Shown piece by piece: positions 9,782 through 19,424 of a DNA stretch of 64,000 bases. The stretch lies in assembly GCA_040757835.1 (NCBI GenBank), contig JBFLWJ010000006.1:66512-130511 (forward strand), in the 5' to 3' direction. The notes under the pieces are model-generated. The model worked only from the letters and a program-made list of their open reading frames with translations. It was not told the origin of the DNA and did not search any database. Source of the stretch: Actinomycetota bacterium (lineage in GTDB: Bacteria; Actinomycetota; Geothermincolia; Geothermincolales; RBG-13-55-18). A program made the position numbers and the translations under genes. Position 1 is the stretch's first letter; each line of letters opens with the position of its first letter.

Positions 9782-9862
9782 ACGATAGGGAAGCGACGAT
9801 CCGTAGCGCGTGACATGGTTACCAGTGCTGCGGGGAGCTAGTGGTGAAACCGGCCCGATCGT
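9782..9862 (+). ncRNA. c-di-GMP-II riboswitch aptamer
   Basis: P1 ACGAU-AGGG/CCC-GAUCGU; GGAAGCGACGAU; 9-bp stem CCGUAGCGC/GUGCUGCGG; loop UUACCA can pair with UGGUGA (pseudoknot); 3' GGAGCUAGUGGUGAAACCG resembles the family consensus GAGUUAGUAGUGCAACCG. Confidence 0.85.
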
Positions 9863-9882
9863 TTTAAGCGGTCGGGTTTTTT
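9854..9882 (+). terminator. Intrinsic terminator, expression platform of the riboswitch
   Basis: CCCGAUCG-7 nt loop-CGGUCGGG followed by U6; 5' arm overlaps the P1 3' strand. Confidence 0.8.
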
Positions 9883-10136
9883 CATACAAGTATAGGCAGA
9901 CAAGTAAGACGGGCAGACAAAAGGAGGACGCAAGAAGGGGTAGAAGGGCAGGGAAAAGGGAAAGCTTTCCGGTCGTGGCCAGAACTCACTCGGCGTAGAT
10001 ATCTGGAACAGACCCCGGAAGGAACCTCCCGAAACCACCCACTGGCACTCTTCGGATGTTGCGCTCGCGAAACCGGACGTTAAAGCGAGCGCCGCGTCCC
10101 GATCTTGGGAAAGGCACTATTGCGGAGGTGACGTCA

Positions 10137-13100
10137 ATGAGCAAGTCGACCAGGTGGTTGGCACTCGTCTCCATCACGGCACTGGTACTAATGTCGCTTC
10201 TGGGCGGGATCGTCTCCGCCCTGGCCGGAAACGGCGCTGCGTCAAAGGCAGGTGCCGGAAGCGTGATGGCGGAGGGTGCGGCAGTCATCACACCGGAGCA
10301 GAACCCGCCCCCGGACGGGGGGGAGACCACTGAAAAGGCGGTCCTCGAGGAGACGCAGAGCGGGATCTTGTGCGAAAAGGGCAAGATCATCGTCATCAAG
10401 TTCCTCGACGCCAACGAGAACAAGGTGATGGACAAGGGCGAGACGGGCATGGCCGGCGTGACCGTCACCATCAATGGTGGAAACCCCAAGGTGACCGGGA
10501 GCGACGGCAAGGTCGTTTTCGACGGGCTCCTGCCCGGCACATATATTGTGGCCGAGGTTGTCCCCGCAGGTTACCACCCCACCGACAAGGCCTCCTACAC
10601 TATCGATATATGCTGGGATCAGTGCAAGACCGTCTATATCGGCAACGCCCCCGACGAGGAGCTCAAGGGCTCCATATCCGGCCACAAGTACAACGACGTG
10701 GACGCGAGCGGCGGCTACAGCGCGGGCGACCTCCCCCTGGCCGGAGTGACCATCAACCTGCTCAAGGACGGGCAGGTCATCGACTCCACCACCACGGCCG
10801 CGGACGGGAGCTACTCCTTCAGCGATCTGGCGCCCGGCAACTACGAGGTAGAGGAGGTCCTCCCCGCGGGGACCGAGGCCACCTCGCCCACCAAGCTGGC
10901 GGCGCCGGTGACGGAGAACTGCCTGGACGTCACGGGCAAGGACTTCTTCAATAAGGTCATCGAAATAGAGCTGAAGGGCTCCATCTCCGGCCATAAGTAC
11001 AACGACGTGGACGCAAGCGGCGGCTACAGCGCGGGCGACCTCCCCATGGCGGGAGTGGTGATCGAGCTGTGGAAGGACGGCGCCAAGGTAGCCCAGACGA
11101 CCACGGCAGCGGACGGGAGCTATTCCTTCACGGACCTAGCCCCCGGCGATTACACGGTAAAGGAGGTCCTGCCCCTGGGGACCGAGGCTACCTCCCCCAC
11201 CAGCGTTGACGTCACGGTGTCTGAGGAAGACCTGGACATCACCTGCGTCGACTTCTTCAACAAGGAAGTCCCGCCCGAGTGCGACGACGGCATCATCGAG
11301 GGCGTGGTCAGGGTGGACGAGGACTGCGACGGCGAGTTCACCTGGGACGACCCGCTCCTCGACGGCGTCATCTTCAGGCTCTACCATATCGAGGACGGGG
11401 GCGGCCTCACGCCGGTCGTGCCACCGTCCCAGATAAGTGGACCGGGTTGGGGATACAACGTCTTCCTCCCCCTGGTCATACCGGTCTATTATCCCGGCGG
11501 GCACGTCATCTGGGAAGGCCTGCCGCGCGCATACGGCGGCAGCACGACCTCTGCCCGTTACCGGCTGGTCATGGAGGTGCCGGAGGGGTACACGCCCATC
11601 GGGCCGGTCAGCTACGACCTCGAGCTCCACAACTGCCCGTGGCCCTGTTTCTGGTTCAGCAAGAACTTCCTGCTCTCCAGGAACTCGCACCTGCGCGGGC
11701 ACAAGTACGAGGACGTGAACTGCAACGGCGTATACGACGCCGCGATGGATAAGCCGCTCGAGGGCTGGACCATCGAGCTCTACAAGGACGGTTCGCTCAT
11801 CGCCACCACCACGACCAACGCCGCGGGCGAGTACAGCTTCGAGGACCTCCCCGAGGGCGTGTACACGGTCAAGGAGGTGCTGCAGGACGGCTGGATGTAC
11901 AGCTATCCCGCGGACGGTACCTTCGTGGACGTGCCGGTTGGATGCGGGGACGTCGACGGCAAGGACTTCCTCAACAAGCGCTACCTCGGCATCAGCGGGC
12001 ACAAGTTCCAGGACGCGAACTACGACGGCGTCATCGACGCCGGGGACCCCGGCGTGCCGGGCGTGGAGGTGCAGCTGTTCAAGTGGGACGAGGGCAGCGG
12101 CGAATACGAGTACCTGGCTTCGACGGTGACCGGGGCCGGCGGTTACTACGAGTTCACGGACCTGGTGCCCGGTGACTACAAGGTGCAGGAGGTGCTCACG
12201 CCGGAGCTCCTTGAGGACTGGTACATCGTCAGCCCCGAGGGCGGCGTGTTCGTCCCCGTGGAACTGGAGTGCGAGAGCGTCGAGGACCTGGACTTCCTCA
12301 ACGCGCTATACCTCGGCATCAGTGGGCATAAGTACGAGGACGCCGACGGCGACGCCGAGATCGGCGGGGAAGACCCGGGGGTGCCGGGAGTCGAGATCCA
12401 GCTGTTCATCTGGAACGAGAACAGCGGCGAGTTCGATCTCCTGGCTTCGACAGTGACCGGAGCCGGCGGTTACTACGAGTTCACGGGGCTCAAGCCCGGT
12501 ACCTACAAGGTACAGGAGATACTCACACCAGCGCTGCTGGAGGACTGGTACATCATCAGCCCCGAGGGCGGCGTGTTCGTCCCGGTGGAGCTGACGAGCG
12601 GGGACGTCGAGGACAAGGACTTCCTCAACGCCCGCTACGGCGCCATCGAGGGATGGAAGTACTGGGACAAGGACGAGAACGGCATAATGGACGGTGATGA
12701 CGAGGGGCTGGCCGGCGTGGCCATCATCCTCGATCCTCCCCCGGACCTGGGCGCGCCCCGCGTGGCCATCACCGACGCAGAAGGACATTTCTTCTTCGGC
12801 GGCCTCAAGCCGGGCACCTACACGGTGAGCGTGGACGAGTCCACGGTGCCCGACTACTATCCCATCAGCCCGGTCACCGTCGAGGTGGACGTGGTCAACG
12901 CCGTGACGGTGCAGGTCTATTTCTCCGAGGCGCCCTACGGTTCCATCTCCGGCAAGAAGTGGCTGGACGCCAACGCGGACGGGATATGGGGCGAGGACGA
13001 GACGGTGGTCATCGCGGGCATCACCATCAACCTCTACGAGGGCAACCCGCCCGGAGAGCTCATCGCCTCCACTGTTACCGGTGAGGACGGCTACTACGAG

Positions 13101-13976
13101 TTCACCAAGCTCAAGCCCGGAATCTACACGGTGGTAGAGGAGGGCAAGGAGGGTTACTTCGCCTGCACTCCCATCGAGGTGGAAGTGGTCCTCTCGGCCG
13201 GAGAGGGAGCCGTGGTGGACTTCGGCAACTGCCCCTACGGGCGCATCGAGGGGTTGAAATACCTCGATGAAGACGGTGACGGTGCCCAGGATGCCACCGA
13301 GAGCGGTCTCGAGGGAGTGGAGATCACCCTGGTCGGGCTGGACGTCGATGTCATCGCCATCACCACCACCGGTGAAGACGGCAGCTTCGTCTTCAACGAC
13401 CTGATCCCGGGAAGGTATGTGGTCTCGGAGACCGTTCCTTCCGGTTATTACTTCACCCGTCCCATAAGGGTCGAGGTGGTCGTGGGCGCGGGAGAGAGCA
13501 TATCGGTCATCTTCGCCAACGCGCTCTACGGCAGGATCGTCGTGAACAAGTGGCTGGACGACGGAGACCAGCTGCTCGACCCGGAGAAGGACACGCCCAA
13601 GGCGGGCATGCCCATCAAGCTCACCGGCAAGACCGTCAGGGGCGAACTGGTGAGCATTGAGACGGTGACGGACGAGGACGGTAGTTATACCTTCCTCCTG
13701 CTGGAGGCTGGAGACTATACCGTGACCGAGACCTACGACCCGGAGAAGATGATGGCCATCACGCCGGACAGCGTGGATGTGGCGCTGCCCCCGGGCGGAG
13801 AGGAAGTAGTGGACTTCCTCAACGCCGAGGTCGAGGTGTCCCCCGAAGTCATCGAGGCGGATACACTGCCGCAGACCGGCATCAACCAGCTACCGCTGCT
13901 GTTCGCCGCGGGGACGCTGGTGCTCGCGGGCCTGGTCTTCCTGGCCCTGGGTCTGCGCAGGCGCTTCCAGGAATAA
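10137..13976 (+). CDS. Sortase-anchored surface adhesin with 11 SdrD-B/CnaB-like domains
   Basis: Signal peptide; repeats G-x-I-x-G-x-K-Y-x-D-x-D-x-D-G...Y-x-V-x-E...F-x-N; C-terminal LPQTG + hydrophobic helix + RRR. RBS GGAGGT favours the ATG at 10137 over 10056. Confidence 0.9.
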   Translation: MSKSTRWLALVSITALVLMSLLGGIVSALAGNGAASKAGAGSVMAEGAAVITPEQNPPPDGGETTEKAVLEETQSGILCEKGKIIVIKFLDANENKVMDKGETGMAGVTVTINGGNPKVTGSDGKVVFDGLLPGTYIVAEVVPAGYHPTDKASYTIDICWDQCKTVYIGNAPDEELKGSISGHKYNDVDASGGYSAGDLPLAGVTINLLKDGQVIDSTTTAADGSYSFSDLAPGNYEVEEVLPAGTEATSPTKLAAPVTENCLDVTGKDFFNKVIEIELKGSISGHKYNDVDASGGYSAGDLPMAGVVIELWKDGAKVAQTTTAADGSYSFTDLAPGDYTVKEVLPLGTEATSPTSVDVTVSEEDLDITCVDFFNKEVPPECDDGIIEGVVRVDEDCDGEFTWDDPLLDGVIFRLYHIEDGGGLTPVVPPSQISGPGWGYNVFLPLVIPVYYPGGHVIWEGLPRAYGGSTTSARYRLVMEVPEGYTPIGPVSYDLELHNCPWPCFWFSKNFLLSRNSHLRGHKYEDVNCNGVYDAAMDKPLEGWTIELYKDGSLIATTTTNAAGEYSFEDLPEGVYTVKEVLQDGWMYSYPADGTFVDVPVGCGDVDGKDFLNKRYLGISGHKFQDANYDGVIDAGDPGVPGVEVQLFKWDEGSGEYEYLASTVTGAGGYYEFTDLVPGDYKVQEVLTPELLEDWYIVSPEGGVFVPVELECESVEDLDFLNALYLGISGHKYEDADGDAEIGGEDPGVPGVEIQLFIWNENSGEFDLLASTVTGAGGYYEFTGLKPGTYKVQEILTPALLEDWYIISPEGGVFVPVELTSGDVEDKDFLNARYGAIEGWKYWDKDENGIMDGDDEGLAGVAIILDPPPDLGAPRVAITDAEGHFFFGGLKPGTYTVSVDESTVPDYYPISPVTVEVDVVNAVTVQVYFSEAPYGSISGKKWLDANADGIWGEDETVVIAGITINLYEGNPPGELIASTVTGEDGYYEFTKLKPGIYTVVEEGKEGYFACTPIEVEVVLSAGEGAVVDFGNCPYGRIEGLKYLDEDGDGAQDATESGLEGVEITLVGLDVDVIAITTTGEDGSFVFNDLIPGRYVVSETVPSGYYFTRPIRVEVVVGAGESISVIFANALYGRIVVNKWLDDGDQLLDPEKDTPKAGMPIKLTGKTVRGELVSIETVTDEDGSYTFLLLEAGDYTVTETYDPEKMMAITPDSVDVALPPGGEEVVDFLNAEVEVSPEVIEADTLPQTGINQLPLLFAAGTLVLAGLVFLALGLRRRFQE

Positions 13977-14005
13977 TACACGATCCGACAACGTCACACC
14001 GCTTA

Positions 14006-14033
14006 GGAAAGGGCCCCCACCGGGGCCCTTTCC
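14006..14033. terminator. Likely bidirectional terminator hairpin
   Basis: GGAAAGGGCCCC-cacc-GGGGCCCTTTCC perfect 12-bp stem between convergent genes. Confidence 0.75.
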
Positions 14034-14036
14034 GAT

Positions 14037-14128
14037 GGGGTCAGCCCCTGACATGTGACATTTACTCGATTCAGAAAGATCGAAGAAGATACCTCAAATG
14101 AAAATGACACATGTCAGGGGCTGACCCC
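14037..14128. repeat. ~91-bp REP/REPIN-like element (25-bp inverted arms, 42-bp spacer)
   Basis: ggggtcagcccctgacatgtgacat ... atgacacatgtcaggggctgacccc. Confidence 0.9.
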
Positions 14129-14136
14129 ATCGGCTA

Positions 14137-14610
14137 CTACCACTCGAACCCTATGCCCGGGTCGTCGTAGGGGATGCGCTCCTCATCGGGGGCGGAGGGG
14201 TCGTAACTCTCGGTGGTATGGTAGAAGAGGCCGGCCGGCCGGTCTCCCAGCACCTGGTAGCCGTGGGCCACGCCGGGGGGGATGACCACCAGCAGGGGCT
14301 TGTGCTCGCCCGCGTAGATGACCTGGGTCTGCCGGTAGGTGGGCGAGCCCTCCCGGAGGTCGTGGAGCACCACCCGCGCCTCGCCCATGGCCATGAACCA
14401 CAGGTCGTACTGCCTGCGGTGCCAGTGGAAGGCCTTGATGACGCCGGGGTAGGTGACGGTGAAGGTGGTCTGCCCGAAGCGCTCCAGGAGGCCGTCGTCG
14501 TCGCGCAGCACTTCCAGCAGGTATCCCCTCTCGTCGCAGAAACGCATGAGGGGCTTGACGCGCACACCTTCTATGTTGCCTGCGGGCATTCCGTCCATGT
14601 TCATCACCAT
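14137..14610 (-). CDS. rfbC: dTDP-4-dehydrorhamnose 3,5-epimerase family cupin
   Basis: 'DERGYLLE', 'GVIKAFHWH', 'IPPGVAHGY', 'YDPSAPDEERIPYDDP'. Confidence 0.85.
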   Translation of the reverse strand: MVMNMDGMPAGNIEGVRVKPLMRFCDERGYLLEVLRDDDGLLERFGQTTFTVTYPGVIKAFHWHRRQYDLWFMAMGEARVVLHDLREGSPTYRQTQVIYAGEHKPLLVVIPPGVAHGYQVLGDRPAGLFYHTTESYDPSAPDEERIPYDDPGIGFEW

Positions 14611-14688
14611 AGCTAAGGTTAGCGGAGCGGACCCCCCAAGGCAACCCGGGGCCAGTCCCTCCGCTATGGCGAAGGCCGAATAGAAAAA

Positions 14689-14713
14689 ATGTCACATGTC
14701 AGGGGCCGACCCC
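14689..14713. repeat. Solo arm of the same dispersed element
   Basis: atgtcacatgtcaggggccgacccc, one mismatch to consensus; no partner arm ~90 bp away. Confidence 0.8.
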
Positions 14714-14791
14714 CTCCGTTAGACCCCGTACGTTATTCGTGCTAAGTTTCTACTGTGGGTGCTCCGACAGTTCGCAAGGAGGAGGACGGGG

Positions 14792-15652
14792 ATGCGCGTT
14801 ATCGTCTGCGGCGCCGCCGGCCAGCTGGGCACGGACCTCGTAAGCGTCTTCGAGGCCGGGGGCGAGGAGGTGATGGGTTTCGACCTGGACCTCGACATCA
14901 CCGACCATGCCCTGGTCATGGAGAAGATACCCTACCTCCGGCCGGACCTGCTCATCAACTCCGCCGCTGACCTCGACGCCGACCAGGCGGAGCGGGACCC
15001 CGAGCCGTCTCTGAAGACCAACTTCACCGGCACCCAGAACCTGGTCCTGGCCTGCCTGGAGGCGGGCTGCCCCATGGCCTTCATCAGCTCGGACTACGTC
15101 TTCGACGGCCTCAAGGGCAGTGCCTATAACGAACTCGACGAGCCCAATCCCCAGGGGGTTTACGGCAAGGCCAAGCTGGCCTCCGAACGCTATCTCGCCT
15201 CGTCCCTCCCCCGCTGGTACGTGTTCCGCACCCAGTGGCTCTTCGGCAAGGGCGGCAAGCGCAACTTCGTCAAGAGCATCCTGCGCAACGCCAAAGAGAA
15301 GGGCAGCCTGCGAGTGGTCACCGACGAGGTGGGCACCCCCACCTGTACCGCCGACCTGGCGGAGATCATCTACAACGTATGCACCTCCGACTGGCACGGC
15401 CTCTACCACGCCACCAACGAGGGGGTGTGTTCGCGCTTCGAGTTCGCGCAGCAGATCGTCGAGATCGCCGGCATGGGGGACGTGCCGGTGGAGCCCATCG
15501 TCTATGCCGACCTCGACCTCCCCTGCCCCCGGCCTCCCTATTCGCCCCTGGACAACATGAACCTGCGCCTGCAGGGTTTTCCGCCCGCCCGCCATTACCT
15601 GGAACCCCTGCGGGAATATATCGCCTGGCTGCTGGAGAGCGACGGTTATTGA
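14792..15652 (+). CDS. rfbD: dTDP-4-dehydrorhamnose reductase
   Basis: GAAGQLG, 'ISSDYVFDG', YGKAK, 'GTPT', RPPYSPL; start moved to the ATG at 14792 (RBS GGAGGA). Confidence 0.92.
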   Translation: MRVIVCGAAGQLGTDLVSVFEAGGEEVMGFDLDLDITDHALVMEKIPYLRPDLLINSAADLDADQAERDPEPSLKTNFTGTQNLVLACLEAGCPMAFISSDYVFDGLKGSAYNELDEPNPQGVYGKAKLASERYLASSLPRWYVFRTQWLFGKGGKRNFVKSILRNAKEKGSLRVVTDEVGTPTCTADLAEIIYNVCTSDWHGLYHATNEGVCSRFEFAQQIVEIAGMGDVPVEPIVYADLDLPCPRPPYSPLDNMNLRLQGFPPARHYLEPLREYIAWLLESDGY

Positions 15653-15959
15653 GATTCAGCGGGACTCGTGTAAGCAAGCGACTCGGCGACTATTGAACTG
15701 GCTTCACGCTTCCATAGTAGATTATCATGGCCTCATATCTGCATTGATCAAGGGCAAAGGAGGGACCGTGGGATATAACAGGAACAACCTTTCCTATCTT
15801 TACCACATCAAATCCGAACCAGAGCTGCGAGACGGGAGCAGATGGAGAAGGAAGCCCGATGCATTGGGTTGCGCTTACCTGATACTTGGTGTATTTATGG
15901 GCCTCATATATGCGGCCTCTATTGAAGGAATATTCGGTTCTAGCGTGAAGGAGAGTAAT

Positions 15960-17303
15960 ATGCATGACCTCATCGTGGTGGGGGCGGGGTGTGCCGGATG
16001 CGTGGCCGCGCAGAGGACGGCAAGCCGGGGACACAAGGTGCTGGTGCTCGACCGCCAACCCCTGGTCGCACTGGGGCACACCTGGGTGAACGGCGTGGAG
16101 CGCACCATCTTCGACCGCCTGGGCATCGCCATGCCCAGCGGGGAGGAGACCATGCCGTCGCCCCTGGGCTCGCGCCTCTTCGGGCCCACGGGCAGCCGTT
16201 ACATAGAGACCACGTCCACTCCCACCATCGAGGTGCGCATGAGCGTCTTCGTTCGCCGCCTCCTCGCATCCGCCTTGGAGGCGGGCGCGGAGTTCCGCGA
16301 GTCCACGCCCGTCGCAAACCCCCTCATGGAGGGGGACCGGGTCGCCGGCGTGGTCACCGCCTCGGGGGAGGAGTTGCCGGCACGAGTCGTCATCGACGCC
16401 TCGGGGTGGGAGGCGGTGCTGCGCCACGGGCTCCCCGAGACCTCTCCCATCCCCCGCGAGATGGACGAGGGATACATGGTGACCGCCTGGAGGGAGCAGC
16501 GGCGCTTCGGCCCCGACGAGGCGGCGGAGGTGCCGCGCGTCCTGGGCATCCCCCCGGGCGTCAGCGTGAACCGCGTGGGCTGGCGCGGAGGATATTCGGT
16601 GCTCATGCTGCATTGGGACCCGCACGAGAGCGAGCTGGACATCCTGGTGGGCTTCAACCAGGCCGAGTCCAGCCAGTCGGCCGGCGAGTTCGCGCGCGAC
16701 TTCTTCCGGGAGAAGGGCCTGGGCGGCGAGCTCTTCTACGGCGGCGGCGGCCTTATCCCGGTGCGGCGTTCCCTGGACGTCCTGGTGGACCACGGCATCC
16801 TGCTGGCCGGGGACTCCGCCTGCATGGTCATCCCCGCCCACGGCTCAGGCGTGGCCTCGTCCCTCCTCGCCGGAGACCTGGCCGCGCGCACCATCTCGCG
16901 CTGCCTCGCGGAGAACGACACCAGCCGGGAGAACCTCTGGGAATACGCGGCGGCCTACCAGCGCGGACGCGGGGCCCTCATGGCCTATTTCGACGTCACG
17001 CGCGGCCTCACCGACAACTTCGACCAGGCGGACATGGACAAGCTCGTGGGTTACGTCATGACTTCCGGGGATGTCGAGGCCGGCCTCAGGGCCGAGCCGC
17101 TGGCCATAGACCTCAAGGACGCGTTGCGCCGCACGCGCAGCCTGCGCCACCCCATCTTCACCGCCCGCTTCGCCTGGCTGGCCAGCGCCGCCATCACCCT
17201 GAAGAAGGCCTACGAGGACTACCCCGAGCGCTACGAGGCGGCGCGGCTCGCGGAATGGCGCGCCAGGGTGGACAAGGCCAGGAAGCGGCTGCAGGCGGAC
17301 TGA
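15960..17303 (+). CDS. FAD-dependent oxidoreductase, geranylgeranyl-reductase-like
   Basis: 'DLIVVGAGCAG', 'VIDASG', 'LAGDSACMVIPAHGSG'; RBS AAGGAG before the ATG at 15960. Confidence 0.8.
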   Translation: MHDLIVVGAGCAGCVAAQRTASRGHKVLVLDRQPLVALGHTWVNGVERTIFDRLGIAMPSGEETMPSPLGSRLFGPTGSRYIETTSTPTIEVRMSVFVRRLLASALEAGAEFRESTPVANPLMEGDRVAGVVTASGEELPARVVIDASGWEAVLRHGLPETSPIPREMDEGYMVTAWREQRRFGPDEAAEVPRVLGIPPGVSVNRVGWRGGYSVLMLHWDPHESELDILVGFNQAESSQSAGEFARDFFREKGLGGELFYGGGGLIPVRRSLDVLVDHGILLAGDSACMVIPAHGSGVASSLLAGDLAARTISRCLAENDTSRENLWEYAAAYQRGRGALMAYFDVTRGLTDNFDQADMDKLVGYVMTSGDVEAGLRAEPLAIDLKDALRRTRSLRHPIFTARFAWLASAAITLKKAYEDYPERYEAARLAEWRARVDKARKRLQAD

Positions 17304-17316
17304 TGGGGCGGGCTTT

Positions 17317-18954
17317 CTAGCCGAAGCACTCTTCCAGCCTGAGGCAACCCACATAGGCGGTGACCGAGGCCACCAGGGCCAGCCACAGGCCCCAGCCCAC
17401 GCCCTTCATGGTGGTGGCGAAATCGGTGCCCGTCGCCTTGTCATATCCCACTCCCCCGATGATCCTGAGCACGAAGAAGAGCAGCACCGCGAAGACGCAG
17501 AGGAACGAGAGCACTTTCATCGCTTTGAGCCAGATATCGGGCCTGCCGATGTCGAGGAAGAGCAGGGCGCCGGCCGCCCACACCAGGGCGGTGAACACGG
17601 CCACCAGGATGCCCTCAGGAAAGGTGATGCCGATGAGAGCCCGCGAGGGGTTGAGTTCCGTCCCGATCCAGGGGAACACGGCGGAGACGATGAGCGCCAG
17701 GCCGCCCCCCACGGTGATAGCGCTCCAGCGCACGACCCGCCTGCGGTCGAGGACACCGGAAAGCCTCTCGGGGATGGCGGGCCTGGATGCCCGCTCGCCG
17801 CCTTGCGGGGCCGCGCTCCTCACCGCGGCGGCCGCTCCCCCGACCTTACCCGGGTAAGCCGGGGACCTGGCGGCACTGGCCTCCAGCTGCTCCCAGCGGT
17901 TGCGCCTCTCCTCCCGGCTCACCCCGGACGGCGCGGTCTGTTCCGTCTTCTCCTCGTCCCCGTGATAAATACGCGCTATGAGGTCCTTCCACTCCCTGTC
18001 CCGGCGGAAGTCATAGCCTCCGGAAGCGTCCTCAGCCCCCGCCTCACCTTCCAGGAGGCTCTTGGCGGCCTCCAGCTCGCTCTGCATCGCCTTCTCCTTG
18101 TCGAAGGCCTCGTCCTGTTCCTCCGCGGCGATGGTCATACCGAGATCGGCGCGCACCCTCATGAGGTCCTCCCGGAACTCCCGCAGGTCGGGATAGCGCT
18201 GGTCCGGGATTTTCTGCAGGGCGCGGTGGACGGCGCGCACCAGGTTCTCCGGCAGGTCTTTCCGCAATTCGTCCAGGGGCACGGGCTCCTCGGACGCGAC
18301 CTTGAAGATGATGGCGTAGTCGTTCTCGGCGTCGAAGGGGCGTTTGCCCGCCAGCATCTCGTAGAGGGTGACACCGAGGGAGAAGATGTCCACGCGGTGG
18401 TCGTAGGACATCCCCTTTATCAGTTCGGGTGCGATATAGTTGGGGGTCCCCATGATGACGTCGGTGTGGGTGCGGTCGCTGACCTTGAGCATCTTCGCGA
18501 TGCCGAAATCGGCAACCTTGATGTTGCCGTTCTCGAGCACGAAGATGTTGTCGGGCTTGATGTCGCGGTGGATGATGTCGTGGGAATGCGCATATTGCAG
18601 GGCCTCTCCGATCATGGGGGCGATGCTCATGACCTCTTCCGCGGAGAAGGTGCGCTCCGCCAGTATGTCCCGCAGGGTCTTGCCCTCAAGGTATTCCATG
18701 ACGATGAACTGGCGGGTGTCCGCGGACAGGATATCGTGCACGGTGAGGATATGGGGATGGGTGAGGCGTGCGGCGGCCTTTGCCTCCAGGCGGAACCTCT
18801 CCCTGACCTCCTCCTTCTCCTCGTCGCTGAGGTAATCCGGGACGGCCAGTTCCTTCAGGGCGACATCCCTGTCCAGGACATCGTCATGGGCCAGGTAGAC
18901 CCTCCCCATGGCCCCACGGCCGATCTCCTTCAAGATGCGATATCTAGCAGCCAT
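17317..18954 (-). CDS. Hanks-type Ser/Thr protein kinase with C-terminal membrane domain
   Basis: IGRGAMGRVY, VALK, HRDIKPDN, DFG, GTPNY..APE; acidic linker; 3-4 C-terminal TM helices. Confidence 0.92.
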   Translation of the reverse strand: MAARYRILKEIGRGAMGRVYLAHDDVLDRDVALKELAVPDYLSDEEKEEVRERFRLEAKAAARLTHPHILTVHDILSADTRQFIVMEYLEGKTLRDILAERTFSAEEVMSIAPMIGEALQYAHSHDIIHRDIKPDNIFVLENGNIKVADFGIAKMLKVSDRTHTDVIMGTPNYIAPELIKGMSYDHRVDIFSLGVTLYEMLAGKRPFDAENDYAIIFKVASEEPVPLDELRKDLPENLVRAVHRALQKIPDQRYPDLREFREDLMRVRADLGMTIAAEEQDEAFDKEKAMQSELEAAKSLLEGEAGAEDASGGYDFRRDREWKDLIARIYHGDEEKTEQTAPSGVSREERRNRWEQLEASAARSPAYPGKVGGAAAAVRSAAPQGGERASRPAIPERLSGVLDRRRVVRWSAITVGGGLALIVSAVFPWIGTELNPSRALIGITFPEGILVAVFTALVWAAGALLFLDIGRPDIWLKAMKVLSFLCVFAVLLFFVLRIIGGVGYDKATGTDFATTMKGVGWGLWLALVASVTAYVGCLRLEECFG

Positions 18955-19038
18955 TGCACATCACCGCGCGCCGAACAGCCGACAGAGTTTGCTTATCTCG
19001 GGTTATCGACCGGAAGCGTACGGAAATTGAGATAAGGT

Positions 19039-19359
19039 TCAGGCATGGAAGATGAGCTTCATGGTGCCGAGGAAGATCTCGTCCCCTTCCGTGAGCACCT
19101 TGGGCTCGAAGGCCTCGAGCTTCTCGCCGTTGACGTGGGTGAAGTTGGTGCTGGAGAGGTCCATGATGTAGTAGCGGTCCTCGCCCAGACGCGTCACCTT
19201 GGCGTGGCGCCTGGAGATGCCCATCTCCACCCCGTCAAAGGGGGTGAGGTCGACATCGGGCAGGGAATGGGTGGCCGGGTCGGTCCTTCCCAAGGTGTGC
19301 TCGGCCTTGTCGTCAAGGCCGATCTTGTGCCCACTGCCCTCGATCTCCAAATATGCCAT
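19039..19359 (-). CDS. Stand-alone FHA domain protein
   Basis: LGR, ISRRHA, DLSSTNFT, 'LTEGDEIFLG' FHA motifs. Confidence 0.9.
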   Translation of the reverse strand: MAYLEIEGSGHKIGLDDKAEHTLGRTDPATHSLPDVDLTPFDGVEMGISRRHAKVTRLGEDRYYIMDLSSTNFTHVNGEKLEAFEPKVLTEGDEIFLGTMKLIFHA

Positions 19360-19424
19360 ACTCTATTTTTACCAGTCTTTTGCCCCGCGCAAAAGCCCCC
19401 AAACGCCATACCCGGCTGCCGGGC

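Noticed and set aside
15693-15959. N-terminal extension of the flavoprotein
   Set aside because: The Rossmann motif starts immediately after the ATG at 15960, which has an RBS; the extension is AT-rich.
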